64,000 nucleotides of DNA, from positions 620,001 to 684,000 of the forward strand of contig NW_026940735.1 in assembly GCF_032062105.1 (NCBI RefSeq). Direction: 5' to 3'. Numbering within the stretch: the first letter of the stretch is position 1; each line of letters begins with the position of its first letter. The notes beneath the pieces were generated by a model that worked only from the letters and a program-made list of their open reading frames with translations, had not been told where the DNA came from and searched no databases. This stretch comes from Saccostrea cucullata (lineage: Eukaryota). The translations under genes were made by a program, and so were the position numbers. Shown here piece after piece: positions 38,540 to 51,470 of this stretch.

Positions 38540-40370
38540 ACAAATTTCAACCCGAAGATAGGCTTTTTTGCAACTATATTGTTGCGTGTCAACCTTATTA
38601 AAAGAACGAAAACAGAAGCATCTGCGTCGATTGCAAAGTTGTCAGGCTATAAGACGACTAACAAATTTGATCTATACATTAGCACTTGATGATATGCGAA
38701 AAACTGTATCCTTAAATGTTTTTATTGATGCCTTGCTAGATTCAGAGATGAGAATCCACATCTAAAAATATCGTCTTCACAACCTGAATTGTTTAGCTGT
38801 TGAATTCGATGCATAAAACCGTATAAAAAGGGGACATTTGCGAGTTTCGACAACATAACGGTTATCTAGACTAAGTTGTAACTGAGGTTAGCTAAGCCAG
38901 TCTTTAAACATGGATGAATTTGATGAGGGCTAATTAAATAAGTTAACCTACGAGATCCAAAAACTGACACTTGATCGGTTAGTTAGTAGAACTTATGACT
39001 AACACCGAGAGGCAATCTATTGCATTGTTGAGAATCTGACGAGGAAGGCCACATTAAATGCAATTGTCCTAAATTGAGAGAAGACCTCTGGGAAGTGAAC
39101 ATTAGGGATTAAAAAATGAAAAAAAAAAAAAAGGAATAAGCATGCCATTACGAAGAAAACATACAGACGCCAGAGAAATTCTGTCCTAGTGACTCCATTG
39201 GAGTGGGATTTTTGAAAGCATGCATGAGCAGGCATCATTGAGACATTATTGTGCAGGGTATATAAAGTAAATTCGTAGAAGTTACTGAGAGTATGTCTTT
39301 AACAATGTTTGAGAAAATGAAACATCAGTAGAACATTTGTCAAATTATTTAAGCTGCAAATAAGGGTGAGCTTTTTGACAAAGGTATGATGGAAGACTTA
39401 ATATTGAGCATATGGATATCCAGAACTGCGGTCATTGCAGAGGTTGAGGCAGATGGAATACTTTTTTTTTACTGTCAAATGCTTATACGGTCAACATGAG
39501 CCAAAAGTACTTCACATTAAAGGTATTATTATTCCACTGTTAGTGAAGGTTTGCATAGGCTGCAACAGAAACGGAAACAACACCCCCCCCCACCCCCACC
39601 CCGAAGCGAGGTCGTCAGGCAAGGACAAGTCTTGAGGATTGCAATTAAATGTATATTCCATGGAATATCTTTGCATCTGGTTTTCCAAGGGAAGACTCAC
39701 GCACAGACTCACGCACAGCTAAAAATGGTCTCATCTCAGGAGATGGTACTGAGCGAGGGACTCAAAATGATTTACCCTTGTACGGTAATTGGACAAATCC
39801 GTTAAGTCAGAGTGATTGAATCAGAAGAGGAGGACATGTCAAACAAATCCAGAAAATTAAGGCCAGCTTTGGTTGATTTCTGGAAGAAAACTTCAAGCCA
39901 CTTAACACGAAAGCAGAAATGGTGAGCTTGGAATTTTGTATATGAATATATCAATCTATTTGAGTCTTAAAAAGTTTTGGGAGCACAGGCTTTATCAGTT
40001 TAACAAATAGATTGTTACTTGAGTTCTCTGTCCTATCAAAATATCCCAAAGGAGAATTCATGTCACCTCATCTTTCGGTGGAAGTTGATGAACAGCTGAA
40101 TGATATCTCGAAAGAGGTGTGATCTAGCCATCGAACAGCCCATGGTCGACACCTATTGTGTTAGCGAGAAAGAAAGGCAACACATTCCACTTTTGAATTG
40201 ATAATCGTAAGTTAAATAGCAACATCACCAAATATTCGTTTCTCCTACCGAGCATATGGAAGTCAATGGATCCCGTGGTAACTCGAAGTTCTCTACTGTA
40301 GTTCTCTATTCAGGACATTGGCAGGTAGAGAAAGAGTCAAACACAAGACAGCTTTTGTTACAGGTCTTGA
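38540..40370 (+). mobile_element. Highly degenerate Ty3/Gypsy gag-pol remnant
   Basis: Near 40120-40365 it translates as PSNSPWSTPIVLARKK..IDNRKLN..SGHWQVE..TAFVT with stops and frameshifts; gag-like VFIDALLDSEMR near 38720. Confidence 0.7.
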
Positions 40371-40371
40371 A

Positions 40372-40440
40372 CTGATTGATTGATTAATTGTGTGTTGTTT
40401 AACGTCCCTCTCGAGAATTTTTCACTCATATGGAGACGCC
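40372..40440 (-). mobile_element. 5'-truncated SINE family B fragment
   Basis: (GATT)n followed by gtttaacgtccctctcgagaatttttcactcatatggagacgcca, matching the 3' end of 21840-22131. Confidence 0.85.
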
Positions 40441-41435
40441 ACTCCTGGTGCATTTTAAAATATCAAAATCAAGAAAAAACCTGGAAAACGTCACATATTT
40501 CGGACTGATGCAGAACGCATACAATCATGAGAGGAGAGAATTGAAACGAAATTGGTTTTGACATTTAGTTTCGGCAAAAACGTGAGACATAGGTTCTATC
40601 TAATTTTTCAACACACACACAAAAAAATAATCTATGATCATTAAGGTAGGTAGGAACTGGCGAAATACTGGGACTGCGAAACAATAATAGATATACGCTG
40701 TAAACCACGATCGATCTCGTGGTGCGGAATAAATTTGTCATTGCTTTAAGACCTGAATAAGGCGAACGGTTGCGAAAGATAACTGAAATTATGTAACAGT
40801 ATTTTGCCGGGTTGATTATAGCGAGAGGTTGGCATACCACTGAACGGGGGGAAGGGGTTAAAGTTGCCAGTATCTGCATGTAAAGTGGCAGGACAAAGGG
40901 AATTAATAGGAGATACCCGTTGACCACAGTAAGTAGTTGCACGTTACAATATATCTATTCTTATATCAGTTGAACACTGTGTGTAAAAGAGTGAAAAGTT
41001 AAAAATATTTTTTTTACACAAAAAGTTTCAATTTGATAAAGAATGTAAAGCCTTGATTTGGGATGGTTTTTTGTCTTATGGTTGACAAGGTTTGGTAACA
41101 CAACTTCAAAGTTATAGTACAATTCATTCCATTGAACAACTAATTAATGTCGTATAAAAAATATTTTTAAAAATCCTTTTTCATTGGAGAAACCACAGGC
41201 ACTTTTTTCGTATACGAGGCATCCCCTACTTATTTTTGAGTAGGGTGCACAGTATACGAAACAAGTGCCTATGGGGCAAACAACTGTAGCTACAACGACT
41301 TTGGTCATCCGTGGCTAATTATTATGATATCAAACGCGCCCACAATGGTGAAGCATTCGGAAGGCCTCGGAAATTTCTATCAATTTCCGGTGTGTCATGT
41401 GATTGTTTGCCTTGTGACCGGCAGGATTGTTAAGA

Positions 41436-43236
41436 ATGGCAGGGATCTATGTTGCTTTGTCAGCTTTGCTTTGCATTTCCTTTGCAAATGCAGAATATCT
41501 GAAATATCAGAAACATTACGAAGATGACGTTTCAGAATTCCTAAATTTTCTAAAGAAGCCTTTCCTTCCAGAGCGTTTCAAGTCACTGGATTTCTTTCAT
41601 AAGGCGGTAATGTTTAGGTGTATTTATACATTGCAAGAATAGCATTGCATGTCTTTGTATCAATATTGATTAGAGTTATCTTTTTTGTTCTAAAAAAGAT
41701 TTTATAGATATGCATTTATAATGAATTTAATGTATTCCTACTTTCACTTCTCAAAAAACCTGCATGCACCACTGCAGATGTACTCAGATACTGGCATAAC
41801 TGGTATGTTGCATAAGTATTCTCTTTAGTCAAAAGGACAAATGTTTGCCTACTTCCACGATATAGTCGAGACCTGACCACTTCTATAAAGAGAACAGTTG
41901 TGTATAAAGTCTTAAAGAGAACAGTTGTGTACATGCAAGTAGGTCAAGTACAATCTCTTGATCAAATCCTGTATACAACGTTTTACAAGCTAATTCAGAG
42001 GATCTGTGTGCCCTATTTAGAAGAAATGCATTCATAGATTTGGGGGAAAGTCGAAGGGGGAAGCACTTTAAGAAGGGCAGCGGGGCATAGGGAGTTATGG
42101 TATAGATATTAATTAACGTATCGCTAGCTGTCAATCACAACAAATTTTCAACCAATGAAATAATTTTATTTATTCTGCGCGATCAGAAAACACTTGCTCC
42201 GCCATATGCTCCGACAAACACTCGCAGTGAGCTGAGTGGTCGACAATAAACAAATTGAACAAATAAGTCCATTATGGTTAAAAATATTCAGTTGGGGAAA
42301 GTGTAACACCGATGACAAGTATCCCGAAAGGGAATTATGGATGTTTTTGGACAGCGATGATTCGGTACGCCGATGTTTCGGGACCTGACAACACGTTTTG
42401 GGTCAATCGGGACTTCTAAATATTTTGGTCAGTAAATGAAATAAAACTTGTTTACTTGGTTTTTTTTCATGTTTATACATTTATATATATATACACAAAA
42501 AAATCGGTATTGAGTGTAAATTAATGATAAATCTATGCACAGTATCACATTGAACCCCCCCCCCCCCCCCACTTTTTTTTCAATATAAAAAAAAATCTGA
42601 TTCATCTCTCTTCATTTCCAATTTCTGACAACTTAATCTATATGTTTCTATTTGAAAATCACGGAAATATATCAATCATATGCAACTTCTATTCAGCTGT
42701 TTCACGTTTAACATGATTTTTTTTAATATTGAAAGGGAGGGGTTGGGGTTTGGATAATCCTGTCCACAAGCACCTGTGCACAGATTTACAGACTGCTTGT
42801 CTTCGATCTTTTTAAATATATAACATGCATATACATACGCATAAGAATATATCTAAACGTCATCAGGCCTGGGGACCATAAAACTTAGATGAGCTCACTT
42901 TTGATCTCAGTCTCACTTTTTTCCAAAGGAATTAAAAGTGGAAAAGTGAGACTGAGATCAAAAGTGAGCTTGTCTAAGTTTTATGGCCCCCAGGCCAGTT
43001 CATACATGTAACACTTCTACATACGTGCATATTTTACCTTCAAAATTATTGACAAAAAACGTGCATTTATTTTTAAAAGATAACTATAAGCTTTTTGAGT
43101 TAGTAATTTCAAAGTTATCGTGCTTATTATATTGTCGACTCGTGTCTGATAGCTACTATATTGTTTTTTACCAGTTTTTAGGTGCGTCATCCGTTAACAT
43201 TTGAACATTTTCAGCTTCTTCTCTGCAACCACTGAA

Positions 43237-43267
<31 letters not shown>

Positions 43268-46200
43268 TATAGGTGAAGGGGAACCAATATTGTGAATTTC
43301 AAGGTCCCTGGCCCCCTGGGGCCTGAGGGGTGGGGCAAAAACCACTAAAATTAATGCAATCTTTAAAAATCTTCTTCTTTACTCCTGGACATCAAGCAGT
43401 CAAACTGTTTGCATGATTGTAATCAGCACTGAGTCCTCTACTAAAATTGTGAAATTCATGGCCCCAGGGTCAGGGGTTCTAGTGCTAGGGCGGGGCTAAA
43501 TAAGAATATAATGAAAATACATGAATTCTTTGAATATTTTCTTCTCTGCTCCTAGGTATTAAATAAACTAACTAAGTGCATAGTTATAATGAGCAAGAGT
43601 GTCTCTACCAAAATTGTGAACTTTATGGCCCCAGGGTCAGGGGTTCTGGTGTTAGGGCGGCGGCTCAATAGATTATATAGTGAAAATTCATGAATTCTTT
43701 GAAAATCTTCTTCTCTGCTCCTGGGTATTAAATAAATTAACTAAGTGCATAGTTATGATGAGCAAGAGTGCCTCTACCAAAATTGTGAATTTTATGGGCC
43801 CAGGGTCAGGGGTTCTGGTGATAGGGCGGGGCTCTATTGATTATATAGTGAAAATACATGAATTTTATGAAAATCTTCTTCTCTGCTCCTGGGTATTAAA
43901 TAAAATAACTAAGTGCATTGTTATGATTAGCAAGAATACCTGTAAAAAAAATTGTGAATTTTATGACCCCAGGGTCAGGGGTTCTGGTGTTAGGGTGGGG
44001 CTCTATAGATTATATAGTCAAATTACATGAATTCTTTGAAAATCTTCTTCTCTGCTCCTTGGTATTAAATAAACTAACTAAGTGCATAGTTATGATGAGC
44101 AAAAGTGCCTCTACCAAAATTATGAATTTTATGGCCCCAAGGTCAGGGGTTCTGGTGTTAGGGCGGGGCTCTATTGATTATATAGTGAAAATACATGAAT
44201 TCTTTGATAATCTTCTTCTCTGCTCCTTGGTATTAAATAAACTAACTTAGTACATAGTTATAATGTGCAGGAGTGCCTCTACAAAAATTGTGAATTTTAT
44301 GGCCCCAAGGTCAGGGTTCGGGTGTTAGGGCGGGGCTCTATTGATTATATCATGAAAATACATGAATTCTTTGAAAAATTTCTATTCTGTTCCTAGGAAT
44401 TAAATAAACTTAGTACATAGTTATGATGAGCAAGAATACCTCTTCCAAAATTTTGATTTTATGGCCCTAGGGTCAAAGGTTCTAGTGATAGGGTGGGGCT
44501 CTATTGATTATATAGTGAAAATACATTAAATCTTTGAAAATTTTCTTCTCTGCTCTTAGGGTATTAAGCAGATGAACTACCTATGTAGTTATGATGAGCA
44601 AGGACCCTTATCTTACAGAATTGTGAATTTCAAGGCCCCAGGGTACCATGGGGGGGGGATGTACTTATATACTGAAACTGAATGAATTGTTTAAGATCTG
44701 CTCCTTGGTATTAATCAAATATTTTTGAAAAGCAAGGGTGCCATTTCAAAAATTGTGCAATGTGTGGATCTAGGCCTAAGGGTCAGGGGTTCATGTGTGA
44801 TATGGGCATTACTGATTATTGCTGAATATTACTGATTACTTGAAATGCTCCCCCACCCTGCCTATGGGTTTTAAGTAAACAAACTAAGCAACTGCTAAGT
44901 GTATTGTTATGATGATCAATGGTGCCTCTTTCAAAATTGTGAACGCCATAGCATCTGGCTTAAACCATGAATCAAATTAAATCACTAGAAAGTTGTTGCA
45001 TAATGCTCAGGTGACCTGTAAGGCCCATGGGCCTCTTGTTATTCAATATGCATGATTATAAACTTTTACTTTTACGCATTTAAAAAAAAAATTAAATCAG
45101 ATTTAATCCAATAAAATGATTCTATTCTATCACTAAAAATTAACTTTTAATGCCCCCATTACTAGTATTTATTTATGGAGAACACCGTCATACATTGGCA
45201 AAATGTCGAAATTATTGATAAAAATTAAATGACTTCATTTATTTTTATTGTAAAGAAATGTCATTACCGGTATTATATTCAATATCTCCAAAAAAAAAAT
45301 GCTATATATGATTTAAGGAATTAGTCCGACTGACATAAGGAGGATATTTATAAATACAATGTAAAATTGTACTATATACTAGGGTTGTCCCAGAAAACGT
45401 GAACTTTGTATACCCGGGTACATTAGATTTGAAATATATTTCTGACTACAATCTAATTCTTAACCATGCACCTACTGCACATTTTTCACCAGAACTTAAA
45501 AGTAAAGAAGAAAGAAATAGAACCAACTTACAGATTAACTGCATGTGACAAACGTGCTGCTTCTGTTTTTCCAAAGTCGAAATTTCCAGAGAATTTGTGG
45601 GACGACCATTTGATTCTGGAATGGGGGGGGGCGATTTTTTCCGAGTCAGATTATTAATTTTCATGTCGGTGAAGGACGGATTATTTATTTTTAATGGCAG
45701 TATTAATTATTTATTATCCTCTTCGCCTATGAAATTCTAACAAGCAAAAAGAAAAAATAAATAAATAAAATTAAAAAAAACAAACAAATAAAACACCGTC
45801 GACAACTCTTATTCGTGAGATGGGGTGGGGGCAGATTATTTATTTCCTTCCAGTAGAGGACAGATTATTTATTTCCAAAATGACTCAGCTCCTTTATCGG
45901 CCCCCCCTTTCAGAATCAAATGATCATCCCCTAAGAAACTAAAAACAAGTCTTTACGATGTCGCATGGGTTTTGTGTTATTGCAGATTTATTACATCACA
46001 AATTGAATTAAAGGCCTTTGCTGTAATTTATAATTTACCCAGCTTTGCAGTCGCAATAAGTTTCTGTAATTTGCTTTTTTTCCTTCGTCGACAGCTAACA
46101 GTATGATGTACTTTCTAGAAGAAATGCATAATACGGAATAATTTTTGAATATTTGAGTGATTGAATATATATACCCATTGTAAAAGCATTTGTCCTTTGT

Positions 46201-48627
46201 TTTTGTCTAAAAGTGGGGTATGGCAAATACTTTGCAACAAAATCATCAGGAAGGACAAGTCAACCGGCGTCGACTTACTCGCCATGTTGATGAGAGCGCC
46301 ATTGATCTCCCATTGCACGATGGGCGGGGTTTGGCGATACGTTAATTGCAAAAACTTGAAAGCTTCTTGAGGTATATCATTAAATAAAAGTTTTACACAT
46401 CAAAAATGTGGATTAACGACCTTGATCTTTGACCTTTTGACGTCAAAATTTACATGGGTCTTCCTTAGGCTATAGGGAGTTGTGTAAAATTTCACTCCAA
46501 AGGCTTCAAGGCCTCTTGAAATATTGCATGAAAACAAAAATTTTACAGACAGACAGATAGACATACCAAAATTAATATCCCTTACTTTCAGCGTGGAACA
46601 AAAGTGTTTTTTTTCCCCCTTTTTTAGCTGAATGTGTGTGCTGAAGCATGAATGAAAAAGGTCAAGATAAGAAAAAGTGAACAATTTCAAAATATCTTAC
46701 ATGTCTATCAAATTAAAGTTGTGAATAATAAAAATAATAATAATAAAAGGGCATAATACATGGTTCCCTGCCAATTCCAGAGTTGGGATCAGACTCCAGG
46801 GTTATTAAACTTAATCTAGCTCACTTTTAATCATGGCCCCATAACCAGATGCCTAGGAGGAGTAAGCATTCCCTGTTTACTAGTTACATCCTTCATAAAC
46901 ATTACTTTTATAATGCAAACTGCAGAACTTCTTTCTTACAAGTTGTTTTACACACAATTTAATAGTATTTCATAACCCCCAGATTTTTAAAACTTTACCT
47001 TTGAAGCTCTGAATTAATCTTATTTCGAATAACAGTATTTTTTTTTATGTAATACATTAGATAAATAAGCATTGTTCTCTCAAAGTTAAGAAATCTCAGC
47101 TTTATAGCTAGTATTAAGATTTTTTCTGTATTTTTCAGGGCTTGGATCCCAGTAAGAGGTTGACAGCCTTTCATTTCAAGAACTGTGGCGGGATGGTGGA
47201 TGTGAAGAGCTTGTCCGTCACACCTGACCCCCTGCAGTTCCCAGGGACTATCACCTTCAGTGCCAGTGTAGCTTTAAATACCACTGTTTCAGGTGAAATA
47301 AATGTAAGTTATAGCATTTATATTGTTAGGTTATATATTAGAAGTTAGATTGTTTTAGCTTCCCTTTCATTCTGTAAATAATTTCTGAGGGTCTGTTTAG
47401 ACAGTAAAATTTTTATAGAAATTCAGACAAGCAAAGATTCCACAGCATTCAGAAGCTTGCTATTGAAACAAAGATTTATTAATGACAAGAAGTGCACATA
47501 AACTGAACTTGCCTTCATTTTAACAAGGTCTTTAAATGTTTGATTTAAAAAAATGAATAAGTTTGTAACATGAGTTTGCTTCCATTTCGTTTAAAGAAAG
47601 TCTGGAGTTATCTTTGAAACCCATGAATCAAGCAAATCCCAGGAGAACTACATTTTCTGGAAAGGTCAAACTTCTCGTCAATGTCTTATTAGTTTACCAG
47701 TGTTAGGGATGATTAAAATGAAGGCATAATCAAAGGTCATAATCAAATAGTATCAAAACAAATGTGAAAAATCCTGTCTAACCACATGTATTTAGATGAA
47801 AACTTCATGACTTAAATATGTGATCTAAAAAGAAATAAGATGTATAATTCGATCATCATTTTTGTCTTGGAAAATTGCCATTTCCTTGAGGAAGAAAATA
47901 ACAAAATCAACTATACACTACTTTGACTTCAATTACTTTATTGTAATGATATATACACTGGCATGTAAATAAATATAAAAAGAAGTGTTCCTAGGCCAAA
48001 GTTTATTATGGAAGAGCATATTTCACATTGCATAAGATGAAAAGCAATGAAATAATCCTGTAAAATAAATATATTTTCTAGGGAGCAATTGAACTGAAAA
48101 AGAAGGCAGCAGGTATCTGGGTTCCCCTTCCGTGTGTTGACAACATTGGCTCATGTAAATACAATGACCTCTGCTCCCTGCTGAATTCAGTGACACAGTG
48201 TCCACCACAGCTCACCGCTATTGGCATCGACTGCAAGTGTCCAATCAAAGCTGTAAGTTCCGTTCTCACTTATAGTAAATTGTAAAGTTATATTAATGTT
48301 GATTATTCAGATTAAGAATAATTCGATGATTTTAGTTTTTAATTTCTAGTTTATGGAGATTGAGAAAATTTCTATTTCATAATTTTTTTTATGCACCAAT
48401 TTTTTTTTTTTATCAACTTAGGGTAAATATAGTCTTCTTCTTCTTAACTTGCGTAAATACATATACTCTTCTTTTTATTAACACAGGGTAAATATACCCT
48501 CCCGAGCTGGAGCCAGGATGTGGGGGCGGAACTGTTTCCCACGGGAGACTACCAGCTAACAGGCAAAGTGACTGATGCAAACGGGAAACTTGTAGCTTGT
48601 CTAGAAGTGGAACTCTCTGTGGCCTAA
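41436..48627 (+). CDS. GM2A: Ganglioside GM2 activator-like ML-domain protein, paralog 1
   Basis: Exons 41436-41606, 47139-47303, 48082-48252, 48487-48627 (all phase 0). Signal peptide; FHFKNCG, LSVTPDPLQFPG, WVPLPCVDNIGSCKYNDLC, CKCP, GDY, ACLEV; 8 Cys. Confidence 0.88.
42866..42996. mobile_element. Foldback/palindromic MITE (~130 bp)
   Basis: Arms of ~55 bp nearly perfectly complementary: GGCCTGGGGACCATAAAACTTAGA.GAGCTCACTTTTGATCTCAGTCTCACTTT and its reverse complement. Confidence 0.85.
43176..45040 (+). repeat. ~168-bp tandem satellite (~8 units) inside a Helentron-like shell
   Basis: An anchor motif recurs at 43447, 43614, 43783, 43952, 44120, 44288 (167-169 bp spacing); 3' end GCTCAGGTGAC..AGGCCCATGGGCCT-CTTGTT hairpin. 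Resembles oyster Cg170/HindIII-type satellites. Confidence 0.88.
45598..45932. mobile_element. MITE with ~30-bp imperfect TIRs
   Basis: GGGACGACCATTTGATTCTGGAATGGGGGG...CCCCCCTTTCAGAATCAAATGATCATCCCC. Confidence 0.7.
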
Positions 48628-51470
48628 AAATACTCGAGACGGGATTATTTTCACCCAAAGAACCTAAATATAATAATTTTTTAATTGTTTAACTAAGAAA
48701 TTTAAAGAAATGCAGAATTACTATAGCCAGTCTGCCTAGAACATTTTTTTGATAGCTTTAAATGTCTCAGTTGTCAGAGATTTTCTGGCAATATTTACAA
48801 CAAATTATAAAAACTGCAATATTGTAGGAAAGAAAAAACACAGTATTACTATAAATTGATAGTTATATTGTTAGTTCTATCATGCAACATTTTCAATTTG
48901 TTTAGATAAATTGGAGATAAAACATGTTTGTAAGTTTCAAGACATCTGTTTGATTAAAACTAGCCCCCTTCTATCGCTGATGATAGGAGAAAGGGGATAC
49001 AATCAACTAGACTGCAAAAACCTGCATGATGTTTAGATACTTGTATTTTTCTTTTCTCTTTGTAAAAATAAAAAAATGGTCATTTTGTGATCAGAATGTA
49101 TATAGTTCTAAATGATGTTTTCAAATAACATTTGAAATCTGATTTATTGTTTGATATTTTTTATACAAGCCTTTCTTATGTATTAATGCTGTCTTATTTA
49201 ATTATTAGCAATGTATGTCTTTGTACATCAATTTAATGTTTTGATATGATCTGAAATTCTTATACCTAGAACTGATCTGTTTTATTTTCCTCTGCATATA
49301 AATAATTTTTTTCCTATATTTTTGGATTTTTGAGAGCTGAGGCAATATGGACATATAGATTGTTATTATTCTTTTTTTTATTTTGAAGGGAGTGGAAGGG
49401 TTGTTAATATTTGACAATGAAGTGCATTTTTAAAAGAAAATTTTTTTTAAAACGTCAACTGGTAGATTAAATGAGCTGACTGAAAAAAATATCAAATATT
49501 TGATTTTAAAGTCATATGCAATTTGTTGTTGTGCAAATAGATTTATATGGGATACCAGCAAAATTTTCTAAATTGTATTGAAATTGCTTTTTTTTTTTTT
49601 TTTAAGGAAAACATATCATTTATTTCTGAATGTTCTGTGTTGTAGGAATACAGCTTTAGGAAAATTGAAGTTAGAGATTGTTTACAGATATTATTTTGTA
49701 ACAGAAAGGGGGTAGTAGATGTAGTTCTCCTAAGGAAAATTACTAGAAATATTGTGACAGGTGTAATTTATATGCCATAATACTGTATCTCTCATTCATA
49801 ATATGATTGTATGATGGTTATATTTATTAGTGCTCAATTTTCTCATTGTCAATCTTGATTTGACATGCATATATAGTGATCTTGAAATATTTTTTTAATA
49901 AAGGGTGTATAAATCAACTTCAGCTATATCTGATCTGTTTTTGAAGATGGAAATTCGATGCTATCTCTTAAAAAAAGCACAGGAAGGCTCTTTAAAATCT
50001 TTTTAGGAAAATGGCTTAAATATTAAATTCGGCACAATCAATTGGATTGGGGATTTTTTGCTTCATTCATCCATAAGGACATGACGAATAGACAGGAACA
50101 GATAAGGGATATTGTTTGAACAAAGTAACTTAGTTCAGGGAATTGAACTGACTTGCTCGACTGAGGCAAAAAAAATGTCCCATAGGCCTTAAATCATTCG
50201 CTTTTTCAGATAATATTGAGTGAATTCATTTGTTTTAATTTTTACTAGATAATATTGAGTGAATTAATTTGCAAGATAATATTGAGTGAGCAAGTGTCAA
50301 ACTAGTGGGAAAGAGGTTCACTAATGAGAAAACTCTTAGGTGGTATTGCCCACATCTTAAAAGAACCACCTGAGTAGCTACCACATGTAAATTCTGGTTT
50401 AGAGCCATATTCCATGCGGTCGTCTAGGAGTCCCGGTAGTGTGGTATGGCATCCAAAACCTTCTCTAAAGTAAATACACATGCAGTGAGTCTTACTGAAA
50501 GTTATTTAATACAAGTATCAGTACACAATTATTAAAACAAACAACTGCAAAATCTAAAAAGTGGGTTACTGTGACCTTCTTTTTGAAAAAAAAAATATTT
50601 TAAGGTTCTAACATGCATTACACTTACAAGGTTTGATGATAGCACAGAGTGCATTAAAAAAACTATTAAAACAATCCTATTAGAGTTGCATGGTGTGGTA
50701 TGACATCTACAGTCTATTCTAAATGCATCGGATGCATTATAAAAATGTCATCAAAATAGCCATATTTGAGTTGTATCTAAGGATGCCCTCGTGATTACAT
50801 TATGATCTGCGGTTTGAGGTTTCCTGATGAACACAGGACTTATATAAATGTACGATATATCCTGTTCTACCATTGTTTACTATTACTGTTTGTGGGTATC
50901 TTAAACTGTTATCTTTGGTGTGACTTGTCAGTGCACTGGTACTACATGTACCATGTACGTTATCATTACTGAACGAGTCATTGCACACCCAGTAATTCAC
51001 CGGTCAACAATGTAAATATGATAAGAATGAGTTCATTTTAATAATAGAAATTATCAAAGTACTGCATGCATCAAAGATGTGTACTTTTGCCACCAAAGTA
51101 AACTTTTATATTTCATAGCTCAAAAAACTAGTTTGCTTAATAAAAAGATCTTCATAATTCTTATTAATCTGGGTATGATTTTCTATTCACCTCAGCAAAA
51201 AAATAGCATGGAAAGAACTTGAAGTAAATTGTGTTTTAATGGTCACAATTTGCATACTAAATTTGATATTGAAAAATACGTAAGTGGAAATTTTTGGGAT
51301 TTAAATGAATTTTAAATATTTGAAAATGAGTGCGAGATACATGAGTAACCTTTCACCCCATAAAGTGATAAACATTTGATAACAATAAAGATAACAATTA
51401 ATAGTATTACCTACTGATAAAAAGCCTAACCATCTCAGTTAAGATATTCACATTTCTCAACTTAAGAGCT

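Noticed and set aside
43430-44760. Regular repeat array as CRISPR, or ORFs 43680-44250 as a repeat protein
   Set aside because: Whole units repeat with no unique spacers, the context is eukaryotic, and the ORFs are satellite translation artefacts.
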